Positions 16,182 to 25,228 of a stretch of 64,000 nt of DNA are shown one piece after another. The stretch covers positions 91,448-155,447 of the forward strand of contig JAZNXW010000004.1 in NCBI GenBank assembly GCA_045594085.1, written 5' to 3'. The position numbers and the translations under genes are program-made. Source of the stretch: Eubacteriales bacterium (GTDB lineage: Bacteria > Bacillota > Clostridia > Oscillospirales > CAG-272). The notes beneath the pieces were generated by a model that was not told the DNA's origin, did not search any database, and saw only the letters and a list, made by a program, of their open reading frames with translations. The stretch's first letter is position 1; each line of letters begins with the position of its first letter.

Positions 16182-17868
16182 CCGCCGCTTTGCGTCCGAA
16201 GATCTCACGAATAACTTTGGGTGGGAATTTGGGTTCTCTTTCGTATGTGTAAAGTCCGTTTTGCTCCTGCTCAACGTCTGTGAGCTGAGTGTAACAGTAT
16301 GCGAACATCGCCTCGTTGTCGAGAAGAACGTCAGTCAATCCTTTCAGACGGGCAAGGAATTCCTCCTCGGAGGTCGGCGCATTGCCGTATCCCCAGCCGG
16401 ACGGATCCTTCGTCCAACGGATTCCGCCGTATTCGCTTACGAAGAACGGCGCTTTTCCGTCGTAGTGCTGTCTGTGACCGCAGTGATCGTGATGCTCGCC
16501 CGTTTCTGCAAGCTTTGCGTAGTGCGAGGAAAACTTGACGGGATCCTGCTCGTAATTGTGAACGTCATAGATGTCTGTCACAACGTGATAGTTGCCGCTC
16601 GTATCGATGCAGGGACGCGACGGATCCATTGCCTTTGTCGCAAGGTAAACGAGCCTCAAAATCTCGTTATATTGCGGTCTGCCGTTCGTGTCCCAGGTCT
16701 CGTTGAAGGGACACCAGCCGACAATGGACGGATGGTTTCTGTCGCGGAGTACAGTCTCCGTCCACTCGGGAAGGACTGAGTAGATCGCATCGTGATTTGA
16801 TACGTCAAGACCCCAGTTCGGGTACTCGCCCCAAACGATGTAGCCTTTTTTGTCCGCGTGATAGAGGAAACGCTCCTCGAATATCTTTTCGTGCAGACGC
16901 GCGCCGTTGAAGCCCATTGCAACGGAACGGTCAATGTCTGCCTCAAGCTCCGCGTCGGAGGGCGCGGTGTAGATGCCGTCGGGATAAAATCCCTGATCGA
17001 GTACGAGACGCTGGAAGACGGACTTGCCGTTCAGATAAAATTTGCGGTCACGGTAATCAATGTCGCGCAGACCGAAATAGCTCGATACAACGTCGTCGCC
17101 GTATCTCAGCGAGAGCGAGTAAAGTCCGCCCTTGCCGATCTCCCAAAGATGCTTTTCCGCGAGAGTCAGCGTCAGTATGGCGAAGCCGCCCTCGGACGAA
17201 ACTGACGCGTCGCCCATCGGCTTGCCGTCAAATTCGGCGGAAACGGCGAAAACTCCCGATCCGCACAGCTCCGCTTCAACAGTCAGCGTGCCTACGGAGG
17301 CAGAGGGCGTGTATTTTACGTTTTTGATGTGTGTTTTCGGAGTAAATTCGAGCCATACCGTCTGCCAGATGCCTGTTGTGCGTGTGTAGGAGCAGCCGTA
17401 GGGTTCGTATCTGTCGGACTGCTTGCCCGACGGAATAAGACCGCTTCGCGTGTCGTCAACGCAGTTGACGGTGATGACGTTCTCGCCCGCGGAAACGAAA
17501 TCTGTGATGTCAAATTCAAACGACGAATAGCCGCCCTTGTGCTCTCCTGCACGGCATCCGTTGACGTAGACAGTCGTGACGTAATCGGCGGCGCCGAAAT
17601 GAAGCACGACTCTTTCGGATGCTTCTGCGTCTGTCAGCGTGACGGTGCGGCGGTACCATACGGACGACATGAAGTCCGTGTCACCGACACCCGAGAGCTT
17701 AGATTCGGGACAAAACGGCACGTTGATGGTGCCGGAAAGTGCGTCTGCCAGGTGCAGACCGCGAGCCTCGCCGCTTCTGCCGCGGTCGATCTCAAATTGC
17801 CAAGTTCCGTTAAGATTTTTCCATGCTTCGCGTTCAAACTGAGGACGCGGATGTTCTTGTCTGTACAT
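16171..17868 (-). CDS. Glycoside hydrolase family 2 protein (beta-galactosidase/beta-glucuronidase-like), cytoplasmic
   Basis: 565 aa. MYRQEHPRPQFEREAWKNLNGTWQFE N-terminal sugar-binding domain pattern and NHPSIVGWCPFNE (acid/base region). No signal peptide. Confidence 0.85.
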   Translation of the reverse strand: MYRQEHPRPQFEREAWKNLNGTWQFEIDRGRSGEARGLHLADALSGTINVPFCPESKLSGVGDTDFMSSVWYRRTVTLTDAEASERVVLHFGAADYVTTVYVNGCRAGEHKGGYSSFEFDITDFVSAGENVITVNCVDDTRSGLIPSGKQSDRYEPYGCSYTRTTGIWQTVWLEFTPKTHIKNVKYTPSASVGTLTVEAELCGSGVFAVSAEFDGKPMGDASVSSEGGFAILTLTLAEKHLWEIGKGGLYSLSLRYGDDVVSSYFGLRDIDYRDRKFYLNGKSVFQRLVLDQGFYPDGIYTAPSDAELEADIDRSVAMGFNGARLHEKIFEERFLYHADKKGYIVWGEYPNWGLDVSNHDAIYSVLPEWTETVLRDRNHPSIVGWCPFNETWDTNGRPQYNEILRLVYLATKAMDPSRPCIDTSGNYHVVTDIYDVHNYEQDPVKFSSHYAKLAETGEHHDHCGHRQHYDGKAPFFVSEYGGIRWTKDPSGWGYGNAPTSEEEFLARLKGLTDVLLDNEAMFAYCYTQLTDVEQEQNGLYTYEREPKFPPKVIREIFGRKAAVEE

Positions 17869-18038
17869 GCGATTCCTCCATTTCTCCGCCGGATGGCGGA
17901 AGCAATGACAGCTTTTGATTTATAATGTGTTCCCGAGGGGATCCCTCGACTTGATTATAGCAAACAGAGTGCAAATTTCAAGCACATTGACATAAAAATA
18001 AGGACAATATTTGTGAGGTCGGTTGTCATTGACTAACC

Positions 18039-18068
18039 GGCATCCGTCGGTATATAATGATATAAAAC
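18039..18068 (+). promoter_or_regulatory. Candidate sigma-A promoter for xth
   Basis: TTGACT (18039-18044), an 18-nt spacer, then TATAAT (18063-18068). Confidence 0.5.
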
Positions 18069-18126
18069 GAACCGGCGGGGAACGCGTATTCCAATGTTGT
18101 CCGATCCGCCCAAAGGAAACGTAAAA

Positions 18127-18879
18127 ATGAAATTTATATCGTGGAACGTAAACGGATTCCGCGCCTGCCTCGGTAAAGGCTTTGCGGACTTCTTCAACTC
18201 TGTCGATGCGGATTTCGTCTGCCTGCAGGAGACGAAAATGCAGCCGGGTCAGGCTGATTTTGCCCCCGACGGTTACTTTGCATACTACAACAGCGCCGAA
18301 AAAAAGGGATATTCCGGCACCGCGGTCTTTACGCGTCACGAGCCGATGGCGGTTATGTATGGTATCGGTGTCCCCGAACACGACACGGAGGGAAGAGTCA
18401 TCACGCTCGAATACGACGGATTCTTTCTTGTTACCGTGTACACTCCCAACGCACAGCGCGAGCTTACAAGGCTCGATTACAGAATGGTCTGGGAGGACGA
18501 TTTTCGCGCTTACGTAAAAGCGCTTGACGAAAGGAAGCCTACCCTGATTTGCGGAGATCTGAACGTCGCGCATAACGACATCGACCTTAAAAATCCAAAG
18601 TCAAACCGCCGATCCGCAGGCTTCACCGACGAGGAAAGAGGCAAGCTCACGGACCTGCTCGCCGCAGGCTTCACGGACAGCTATCGCTACCTTTATCCCG
18701 ACAGAGTGGAGTACTCGTGGTGGAGTTATATGATGAAAGCGCGCGAAAAGAACGTCGGGTGGAGGATAGACTACTTCGTGATCTCCGACCGTCTGCGCAA
18801 AAACCTCCGCGACAGCTTCATCCTTACGGACGTCATGGGCAGCGATCACTGTCCTGTCGGAGTTGAGGTTGAGATATGA
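18127..18879 (+). CDS. xth: Exodeoxyribonuclease III
   Basis: MKFISWNVNGFRA...CLQETK...SDHCPV. Trimmed to the ATG at 18127, which has an AAAGGAAA RBS. Confidence 0.92.
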   Translation: MKFISWNVNGFRACLGKGFADFFNSVDADFVCLQETKMQPGQADFAPDGYFAYYNSAEKKGYSGTAVFTRHEPMAVMYGIGVPEHDTEGRVITLEYDGFFLVTVYTPNAQRELTRLDYRMVWEDDFRAYVKALDERKPTLICGDLNVAHNDIDLKNPKSNRRSAGFTDEERGKLTDLLAAGFTDSYRYLYPDRVEYSWWSYMMKAREKNVGWRIDYFVISDRLRKNLRDSFILTDVMGSDHCPVGVEVEI

Positions 18880-19307
18880 AAAAAGAGGAGATAAAAGTCT
18901 ACACCCACACGCATCCCGATGCGATGGCGGTGCGAGTCACCGTCTTTGTCGAGGAGCAGGGCTTTCATGACGAATTTGACGAAACAGACGGCGTCGCCGT
19001 CCATTTCGTCGCGTATGCGGACGGAAATCCTGTCGGCACTTGCCGTGTGTTTGAGGCGGACGGCGGCTACATCCTCGGCAGACTCGCCGTTGTGAAGCCG
19101 CACCGCGGGCTCGGCTTCGGCAAAGCGCTGCTTTCCGCGGCGGAGACGCACGTAGAGTCGATAGGCGGCGAGTCGCTCTCACTCCATTCACAGCTCCGCG
19201 CGTCGGGATTTTACGCAAAATGCGGCTATGCTCCCTTCGGTGAACCCGATGAGGAGGAGGGCTGCCCCCATATCTGGATGAAAAAACGCCTCGGAGGAAC
19301 AACTTGA
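18876..19307 (+). CDS. GNAT family N-acetyltransferase
   Basis: 143 aa with an acetyl-CoA binding motif (RLAVVKPHRGLGFGKALL). ATGA overlap with xth. Confidence 0.8.
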   Translation: MKKEEIKVYTHTHPDAMAVRVTVFVEEQGFHDEFDETDGVAVHFVAYADGNPVGTCRVFEADGGYILGRLAVVKPHRGLGFGKALLSAAETHVESIGGESLSLHSQLRASGFYAKCGYAPFGEPDEEEGCPHIWMKKRLGGTT

Positions 19308-20470
19308 TAACATTACTTGCAAAAATCTTCATTCCCGACAGGGAAAATGTAACGTCCGCGTCGGTGCGCGGCGCATACGGCAAGCTCTGCGGAGCGCTCG
19401 GAATTGTACTTAATCTTTTTTTGTTCGCCGGCAAGCTCGCGGCGGGAATGCTCTCCGGCGCGATCTCGATCATGTCGGACGCATTCAACAATCTCACCGA
19501 TGCCGCATCGTCGATCATCACCTTCCTCGGCTTCCGTATGTCTGAGCAGAAAGCGGACAAAGACCATCCCTTCGGTCACGGACGTATCGAATACGTATCG
19601 GGACTGATCGTTTCGATGCTTATTATCCTGGTCGGATTTGAACTGGCGAAATCGTCTGTCGAAAAGATCATCGCGCCCGAGGATGTGACCTTCGGCGTTC
19701 TGCCTGCGATCATTCTCGGCGTGTCTGTAATCGTCAAGGCGTATATGGCGTATTACAATTTCACGATCGGCAAAAGAATCGGCTCCGCTGCCGTGAAAGC
19801 GACGGCTACAGATTCGCTCTCCGATTGTGCCGCGACGCTCACCGTGCTTGTTTGTCTCGTCATCACGCATCTGACCTCGATCAATATCGACGCGTACTGC
19901 GGTCTTGCGGTGTCGGCGTTTATCCTTTATTCGGGGCTCCGCTCCGCAAAGGAGACGGTGGATCCGCTCCTCGGCACGCCGCCGAGCGAGGAAAGCATCG
20001 CGAAGATCGAGGAGATCGTCTCATCACATCCCGAGGTTGAGGGGATACACGACCTTATCGTGCACGATTACGGTCCCGGACGCACGATGATCTCGCTTCA
20101 CGCGGAGGTCTGTGCGGATGCGGATCTGCTCGCGACGCACGATATGATCGATAACATCGAAAAAGAGCTCCGCGAAAAGCTCGGATGCGACGCGGTCATT
20201 CATATGGATCCGATCGTGACCGACGACGAAAAAGTTATTTCCCTGCGCGAGATCGTCGTGGAAACGGTGCGGTCCGTTGACGAAAGGCTGTCGATCCACG
20301 ATTTCAGAGTGGTAACGGGTCCGACGCATACAAACGTGATCTTTGACGCCGTCGTGCCCTATGACGTGAAGCTTTCCGACCGCGAGGTGCGCGAGCGTAT
20401 CGCGACCGCGATAAGCGGCGTCAACGAAACGTATTTCGCAGTCATCAATATAGACAGATCGTATGTGTGA
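19304..20470 (+). CDS. Cation diffusion facilitator (CDF) family transporter
   Basis: Six TM helices, HPFGHGRIEY motif and a C-terminal cytoplasmic domain. TTG start with a GGAGGA RBS, overlapping the GNAT stop. Confidence 0.88.
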   Translation: MITLLAKIFIPDRENVTSASVRGAYGKLCGALGIVLNLFLFAGKLAAGMLSGAISIMSDAFNNLTDAASSIITFLGFRMSEQKADKDHPFGHGRIEYVSGLIVSMLIILVGFELAKSSVEKIIAPEDVTFGVLPAIILGVSVIVKAYMAYYNFTIGKRIGSAAVKATATDSLSDCAATLTVLVCLVITHLTSINIDAYCGLAVSAFILYSGLRSAKETVDPLLGTPPSEESIAKIEEIVSSHPEVEGIHDLIVHDYGPGRTMISLHAEVCADADLLATHDMIDNIEKELREKLGCDAVIHMDPIVTDDEKVISLREIVVETVRSVDERLSIHDFRVVTGPTHTNVIFDAVVPYDVKLSDREVRERIATAISGVNETYFAVINIDRSYV

Positions 20471-20471
20471 G

Positions 20472-20502
20472 AAAAAAAGCACCTCTCGGGAGGTGCTTTT
20501 TT
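20472..20502. terminator. Bidirectional rho-independent terminator between the CDF gene and araD
   Basis: aaaaaaagcacctc-tcgg-gaggtgctttttt between convergent genes. Confidence 0.8.
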
Positions 20503-20510
20503 GCGTTTGT

Positions 20511-21215
20511 TTACTTTTTGCTCTGTCCGTAGTATGCGTTCGGGCCGTGCTTTCTGTCGAAATGCTTGCGGAGAAGCTCTTCCTGCATACGTTCAGCGCC
20601 GCCTGTGTTGCCTGCCAAAATCTCGGTGTGGAGCGCCATCATAGCGACCTGCTCGAGAACAACTGCCGCTTCAACGCTTCCTTTTGCGTCCTTGCCCCAG
20701 GTGAAGGGAGCGTGGGAGTTGACGAGAACTGCGTGCATTCTGTCGGGATCCATGCCTTCGAACGTCTCAACGATGACTTTACCTGTGTTGAGCTCGTATT
20801 CGCCTGCGATCTCCTCGGGAGTCATACGTCTTGTGCAGGGGATCAGACCGTCAAAATAGTCGCCGTGCGTCGTTCCGTAGGGGATGATGCCTCTGCCTGC
20901 CTGAGCGAAGGAGGTTGCCCACTGGGAATGAGTGTGAGTTACGCCGCCGATCGTGGGGAACTTGCGGTAAAGCTCAAGGTGAGTGGGAGTGTCGGACGAG
21001 GGCTTGAGATCGCCTTCGACGATGTTGCCGTCGAGATCGAGAACGGGCAGATCGGAGGGTTTGAGGTCCGCGTATTCAACGCCCGAGGGCTTGATTACAA
21101 CGAGTCCCTTTTCGCGGTCGATTCCGCTGACGTTGCCCCAGGTGAATGTGATGAGCTTGTATTCAACAAGCATCATATTTGCAAGATAGACTTGTTCCTT
21201 TAATTTTTCAAGCAT
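20511..21215 (-). CDS. araD: L-ribulose-5-phosphate 4-epimerase
   Basis: [48 protein letters not shown] and HTHS metal ligands. Confidence 0.9.
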   Translation of the reverse strand: MLEKLKEQVYLANMMLVEYKLITFTWGNVSGIDREKGLVVIKPSGVEYADLKPSDLPVLDLDGNIVEGDLKPSSDTPTHLELYRKFPTIGGVTHTHSQWATSFAQAGRGIIPYGTTHGDYFDGLIPCTRRMTPEEIAGEYELNTGKVIVETFEGMDPDRMHAVLVNSHAPFTWGKDAKGSVEAAVVLEQVAMMALHTEILAGNTGGAERMQEELLRKHFDRKHGPNAYYGQSKK

Positions 21216-21338
21216 GATATGGTAGTCCTTTCGGTGCTTTTGTTTGTCTTCCGGATTATTTTAACATATCGGAGCGCGGTATGTCAATGTGCAGTAACAA
21301 GAAAAACGTCCGCAGACACAAATCAAACGGGAGGGACA

Positions 21339-22346
21339 TTACTTTTCCGACAGCTCGATTATATCTTTAGCAGTCAACGGCGCGACGACAGACAGCGTGG
21401 CTTGCTTGTCTTTCCCGCCGAATTCCGACATATCAACAGAAACGGAAACATCCTTTTTGGTTATATCGTAAAAATCACCGTTCGTGTATGCCAGTGCAGC
21501 TAAATACGCTCTGCTCTCATAGTGCTCGGGATACACAGTCGATGTTTCTTCTCTGTCTCCGGAATTGTTTTCCTTTTTACCGTCTGTAACGGCAGAGAAG
21601 CTCCAACTGTGTCTTTCATGCATTGTCACATAGTTCGAACTTAGGCAGTGATTCCACTCGCCGCCTCTGCCTTCGACAAACAAAAAGCTGACAGTTGACA
21701 CGGCGACGGGCGAAACGCGGTAGCTTTCGGTCAGCCCCGAGGAGGTGTTCTGACCAAACATAGATGAAAGGGAGTTTGTTACGGATTCAAAAAACGACGG
21801 CTCTTTTGCGCGGCACGCAACCGTTTTCAACTCTTTGTCAGAGTATAACTCCCACCCACTGTTCTCTCCTTGCTTCAATTCCGTGGACAGATACCCGCCG
21901 GCGCTTGCATCCTGAATGATGATTTCGTATACGGAATATGTTTCCTCACATACAGTTGCGTCCTTTTTTATTGCGAACACGTCGTAGGTACCCTCGAAGC
22001 AGCGGACAAAATCAGCCATATTGTCAAGCTCGTCGTCCCCTGCTTTTACGGTCGAATCAAACGCCAATTTTTCAAGCTCGTTTTCGTTCGGCATCGCACC
22101 GTTAGCAAAAAGAGTGGAGAAAATACTGTCAGCCATATCATCGGTAAGCGTTGAGGCGGCTTTGTGTGCGGCAAGCTCGGATATTGTCTCAAGTATTAAT
22201 ATCTCCTCGTCACTGTAGGAGCTTAGCGTCTTGTCGTAGGTGGGAATATGATCTGTGTCTACAACGTTCGAGCAAGCGGTAAGCGGCAGAATTAAAGCCA
22301 TACAAATATAGAGAAAGAGAGCTTTCCTGATTATCGCTTTACACAT
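21339..22346 (-). CDS. Lipoprotein, function unknown
   Basis: Signal peptide with an LTAC lipobox (LILPLTACSN). 335 aa. AT-richer than the flanks. No family recognised. Confidence 0.6.
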   Translation of the reverse strand: MCKAIIRKALFLYICMALILPLTACSNVVDTDHIPTYDKTLSSYSDEEILILETISELAAHKAASTLTDDMADSIFSTLFANGAMPNENELEKLAFDSTVKAGDDELDNMADFVRCFEGTYDVFAIKKDATVCEETYSVYEIIIQDASAGGYLSTELKQGENSGWELYSDKELKTVACRAKEPSFFESVTNSLSSMFGQNTSSGLTESYRVSPVAVSTVSFLFVEGRGGEWNHCLSSNYVTMHERHSWSFSAVTDGKKENNSGDREETSTVYPEHYESRAYLAALAYTNGDFYDITKKDVSVSVDMSEFGGKDKQATLSVVAPLTAKDIIELSEK

Positions 22347-22633
22347 GACTTTTCCCTCCTTTTTCTTGTATAATTATGAAAGTGCGTATTCAAACAAATC
22401 AGCTTTATTCTCCGGGGAACAAATATAATATACATCACTAATATACATCTCTTACATTTTTTTGTCAAGTGTTAACAAATGATAGGCGAAAAAGAATTGT
22501 ATGTAAATGTATTGATATTATACCTGTGTAGTCTCCGTTTGGCATATAGCACTTATCTGCACCGTTGCACCGCAATCATCATATACTGACATTGGGCGGA
22601 TGCCCGAAATAAAAAATACGGAGAAAATATATT

Positions 22634-22900
22634 TTGGAACGTGAAAATGATACCCGTACTCCGCGCGACCGTATAAGCGACGATATGCGTGAGGCGCTTG
22701 ACAGAGCCGATGATATGCGCGCGGGTGTCGGATTTAATCCGTCTGTGGTTGACGGACTTCCTCTTGCGATGGCGTATGTGCCGCGTCAGAAATGGCGCAA
22801 CGCATACTCACCCGAGGAGGCGCTCTGCCGCGGAACTATGTTTGCGGAGCTTGATATGCCGTTTTATCCTCCCCGTGTTTGCGGAGGTATGAAGAAATGA
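22634..22900 (+). CDS. cotJA: Spore coat-associated protein CotJA
   Basis: LAMAYVPRQKWRNAYSPEEALCRGTMFAELDMPF is the conserved CotJA core. A TTG start at 22634 (GGAG 11 nt upstream) is plausible, but the start is uncertain. Confidence 0.75.
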   Translation: MERENDTRTPRDRISDDMREALDRADDMRAGVGFNPSVVDGLPLAMAYVPRQKWRNAYSPEEALCRGTMFAELDMPFYPPRVCGGMKK

Positions 22901-23163
22901 CAAGCAAAAAATTCGAAAGCCTGATGCACGAGCTTCAGATGTACGGCTTCGTCCTTGACGAAGCGCGTCTGTTCCTCGATACGCATCCCAATAATAAGGA
23001 TGCGCTTGCGTATTATAAGAAATACAGCGAGCTTTATGAAGAAGCAAAGCGCGAATACGAGACCCTGTTCGGTCCGCTTGTCGCGAATGGCGCCGCCGTC
23101 GGAGAAACTTGGCGCTGGGTCGAGGGCGGATGGCCGTGGATGGGCAGCTACGAGGAGGAATGA
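22897..23163 (+). CDS. cotJB: Spore coat protein CotJB
   Basis: MTSKKFESLMHELQMYGFVLDEARLFLDTHPNNKDAL... is CotJB-like. ATGA overlap with cotJA. Confidence 0.85.
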   Translation: MTSKKFESLMHELQMYGFVLDEARLFLDTHPNNKDALAYYKKYSELYEEAKREYETLFGPLVANGAAVGETWRWVEGGWPWMGSYEEE

Positions 23164-23166
23164 GAA

Positions 23167-23772
23167 ATGTGGAGCTATGAAAAGAAACTTCAATATCCCG
23201 TTAAGATCAAAAATCCGAACCCCGAGCTTGCAAGCCTTATAATCTCGCAGTTCGGCGGTCCCGACGGCGAGCTCGGCGCGTCAATGAGATACCTTTCCCA
23301 GCGATACACGATGCCGTACCGCGAGATCGTCGGAATCTTGACCGATATAGGCACGGAGGAGCTTGCCCACATGGAGATGGTGTCTGCAATCGTGCATCAG
23401 TTGACGCGCAATCTTACCCCCGAGCAGATCGCGGGCACAAGCTTTGCCCCCTATTTCGTCGATCATACGGTCGGTCTTTACCCTGTCGCCGCATCGGGAG
23501 TACCCTATAACGCAATGGCGTTTGCGTCGAAGGGCGACGTGATCGCGGATCTCAACGAGGACCTCGCAGCAGAGCAGAAGGCGAGAGTAACGTATGACAA
23601 TCTGCTCCGGATGATAGACGATCCCGACGTCTGCGATCCGATCCGCTTCCTGCGTCAGAGGGAGATCGTGCACTATCAGCGCTTCGGTGAGGCGCTCAGA
23701 GAGGCGCAGGACAATATGAATCACAAAAATTTCTACGGCTACAACCCCGCTTTCGACAAAAAGAAGGGATGA
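23167..23772 (+). CDS. cotJC: Spore coat protein CotJC (manganese catalase family)
   Basis: YPVKIKNPNPELASLIISQFGGPDGELGASMRYLSQRY...EELAHMEMV ferritin-like di-metal motifs. Confidence 0.92.
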   Translation: MWSYEKKLQYPVKIKNPNPELASLIISQFGGPDGELGASMRYLSQRYTMPYREIVGILTDIGTEELAHMEMVSAIVHQLTRNLTPEQIAGTSFAPYFVDHTVGLYPVAASGVPYNAMAFASKGDVIADLNEDLAAEQKARVTYDNLLRMIDDPDVCDPIRFLRQREIVHYQRFGEALREAQDNMNHKNFYGYNPAFDKKKG

Positions 23773-23776
23773 CCGC

Positions 23777-23806
23777 AAAACAGCACCCTCTCGGGTGCTG
23801 TTTTGA
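23777..23806. terminator. Bidirectional terminator between cotJC and the AIM24-like gene
   Basis: aaaacagcaccc-tctc-gggtgctgtttt between convergent genes. Confidence 0.75.
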
Positions 23807-23814
23807 GTTTTGAC

Positions 23815-24507
23815 TCAATCGCTTGAGGAGCTTACCTGAATGTAGGGACTGATCTGTGCCGCAACGTTAGAGATCGGCATTGATTGGAGCCATACCTTGC
23901 CGGGACCTGTGACCGTTGTGAGGAAAAGTCCCTCGCCGCCAAAGAATATGTTCTTTGCGCCCTTGACCGTCTGTACGTCCATTGTGCAGGATTCCGTCAT
24001 CGCGGCGAGATAGCCGGTGTCGATGATGATCTTCTCGCCGTATCCGAGCTCGTATTCCTTGCAGAAGCCGTCGATCTCAAGAAAAACGAGACCGTTTCCG
24101 GAGATCTTCTGCATAATGAGTCCTTCGCCGCCGAAAAAGATGTTGCCGAGCTTCTTCTGGAAGTGGATGGATACGTCAAGTCCCTTTTCCATTGCGAGGA
24201 AGCCGCGCTTCTGCACGATGATGCTGTTGCCGGGTGTGACCTCATAAGGGATGATGGAGCCGGGGAAGCTCGATGCAAACGCAATCATACCCATACCGCC
24301 CTGCGGCGTAAACTCGTTTATGAACAGAGAGTCGCCTGCGAAAAGACGGCCGAGAGCCTTGGAGAAACCTCCGCCGGAGCTTGTTTCCATTTTCATATTA
24401 GAGCTCATCCAGCTCATTGAGCCGCGCTCGGTGCAAAGAGTCTGTCCTGCTTCGGGAAAGCAGACGAGTACGGGCAGATTTTCGCCCTCGATCTTATAAT
24501 TGATCAT
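23815..24507 (-). CDS. AIM24/TIGR00266-family protein (DUF124)
   Basis: MINYKIEGENLPVLVCFPEAGQTLCTERGSMSWMS...GEGLFLTTVTGPGKVWLQSMP. Trimmed to the ATG at 24507, which has a GGAGG RBS. Confidence 0.85.
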   Translation of the reverse strand: MINYKIEGENLPVLVCFPEAGQTLCTERGSMSWMSSNMKMETSSGGGFSKALGRLFAGDSLFINEFTPQGGMGMIAFASSFPGSIIPYEVTPGNSIIVQKRGFLAMEKGLDVSIHFQKKLGNIFFGGEGLIMQKISGNGLVFLEIDGFCKEYELGYGEKIIIDTGYLAAMTESCTMDVQTVKGAKNIFFGGEGLFLTTVTGPGKVWLQSMPISNVAAQISPYIQVSSSSD

Positions 24508-24659
24508 AATTAACCTCCGTTGTGCCGCAGATGTTTGTAATCTCAATATAACATATATGCTTCGCAAATGCAAGAAAAACAAGAGTGCAGAGGCATTGAT
24601 TTTTCATCGCGCGAGGATTATAATAGGATCAAGCAATTTAACAAGAGAAAGGCATATAT

Positions 24660-25190
24660 ATGAACTTTACTGAAATCGCAAAAACACGTCAGTCCTGCCG
24701 AAGCTATGATCCCTCCCGTCCCGTCGAGGACGAAAAGCTCACCGCGATCCTCGATTCCGCGATACTGTCGCCCTCTGCCTGCAACAGCCAGCCGTATCAT
24801 ATCACCGTTTGCAAGGGTGAAACGGCAAAGGCTGTCATCAAAGCCGTGCAGGGCATGGGAATGAACAAATTTGCAAGCGACGTGCCTGTGATGATGGTCA
24901 TCTCGGAGATGCCGTATGTGAAAACTGCGGCGATCGGCGCAAAGCTCAAGGGGAATGACTTCCGTTCGATCGATGTCGGTATTCTGTCCGCGTATATAAC
25001 GGCTGAGGCGACGGCGCAGGGGCTCGGCACATGCATACTCGGTTGGCTCGATGATGCCGAGATACGCAAAATTTGCGGACTTGACGGCGCGGTGCGCCTC
25101 GTCATCGCGGTCGGCTATGCGAAAGCGGATGACAAGCTTCGCGACAAAAAGCGCAAGTCCCGCGAAGAGCTCATCACCACTCTTGAATAA
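24660..25190 (+). CDS. Nitroreductase family protein
   Basis: MNFTEIAKTRQSCRSYDPSRPVEDEKL..ILDSAILSPSACNSQPY is the nitroreductase N-terminal signature. Confidence 0.85.
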   Translation: MNFTEIAKTRQSCRSYDPSRPVEDEKLTAILDSAILSPSACNSQPYHITVCKGETAKAVIKAVQGMGMNKFASDVPVMMVISEMPYVKTAAIGAKLKGNDFRSIDVGILSAYITAEATAQGLGTCILGWLDDAEIRKICGLDGAVRLVIAVGYAKADDKLRDKKRKSREELITTLE

Positions 25191-25193
25191 TGT

Positions 25194-25220
25194 AAAAAGC
25201 ACCCGAAAGGGTGCTTTTTT
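25194..25220. terminator. Bidirectional terminator between the nitroreductase gene and the topoisomerase B gene
   Basis: aaaaagcaccc-gaaa-gggtgctttttt. The 28-mer is identical to the one at 34126-34151. Confidence 0.8.
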
Positions 25221-25228
25221 GTGTCTGA

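Noticed and set aside
22380-22633. Sigma-E or sigma-K promoter assignment upstream of cotJA (CATATAGC at about 22544, CATATACT at about 22580).
   Set aside because: No ATA- or AC-type -35 element sits at the required spacing for either candidate -10. The evidence is too weak to report as a feature.
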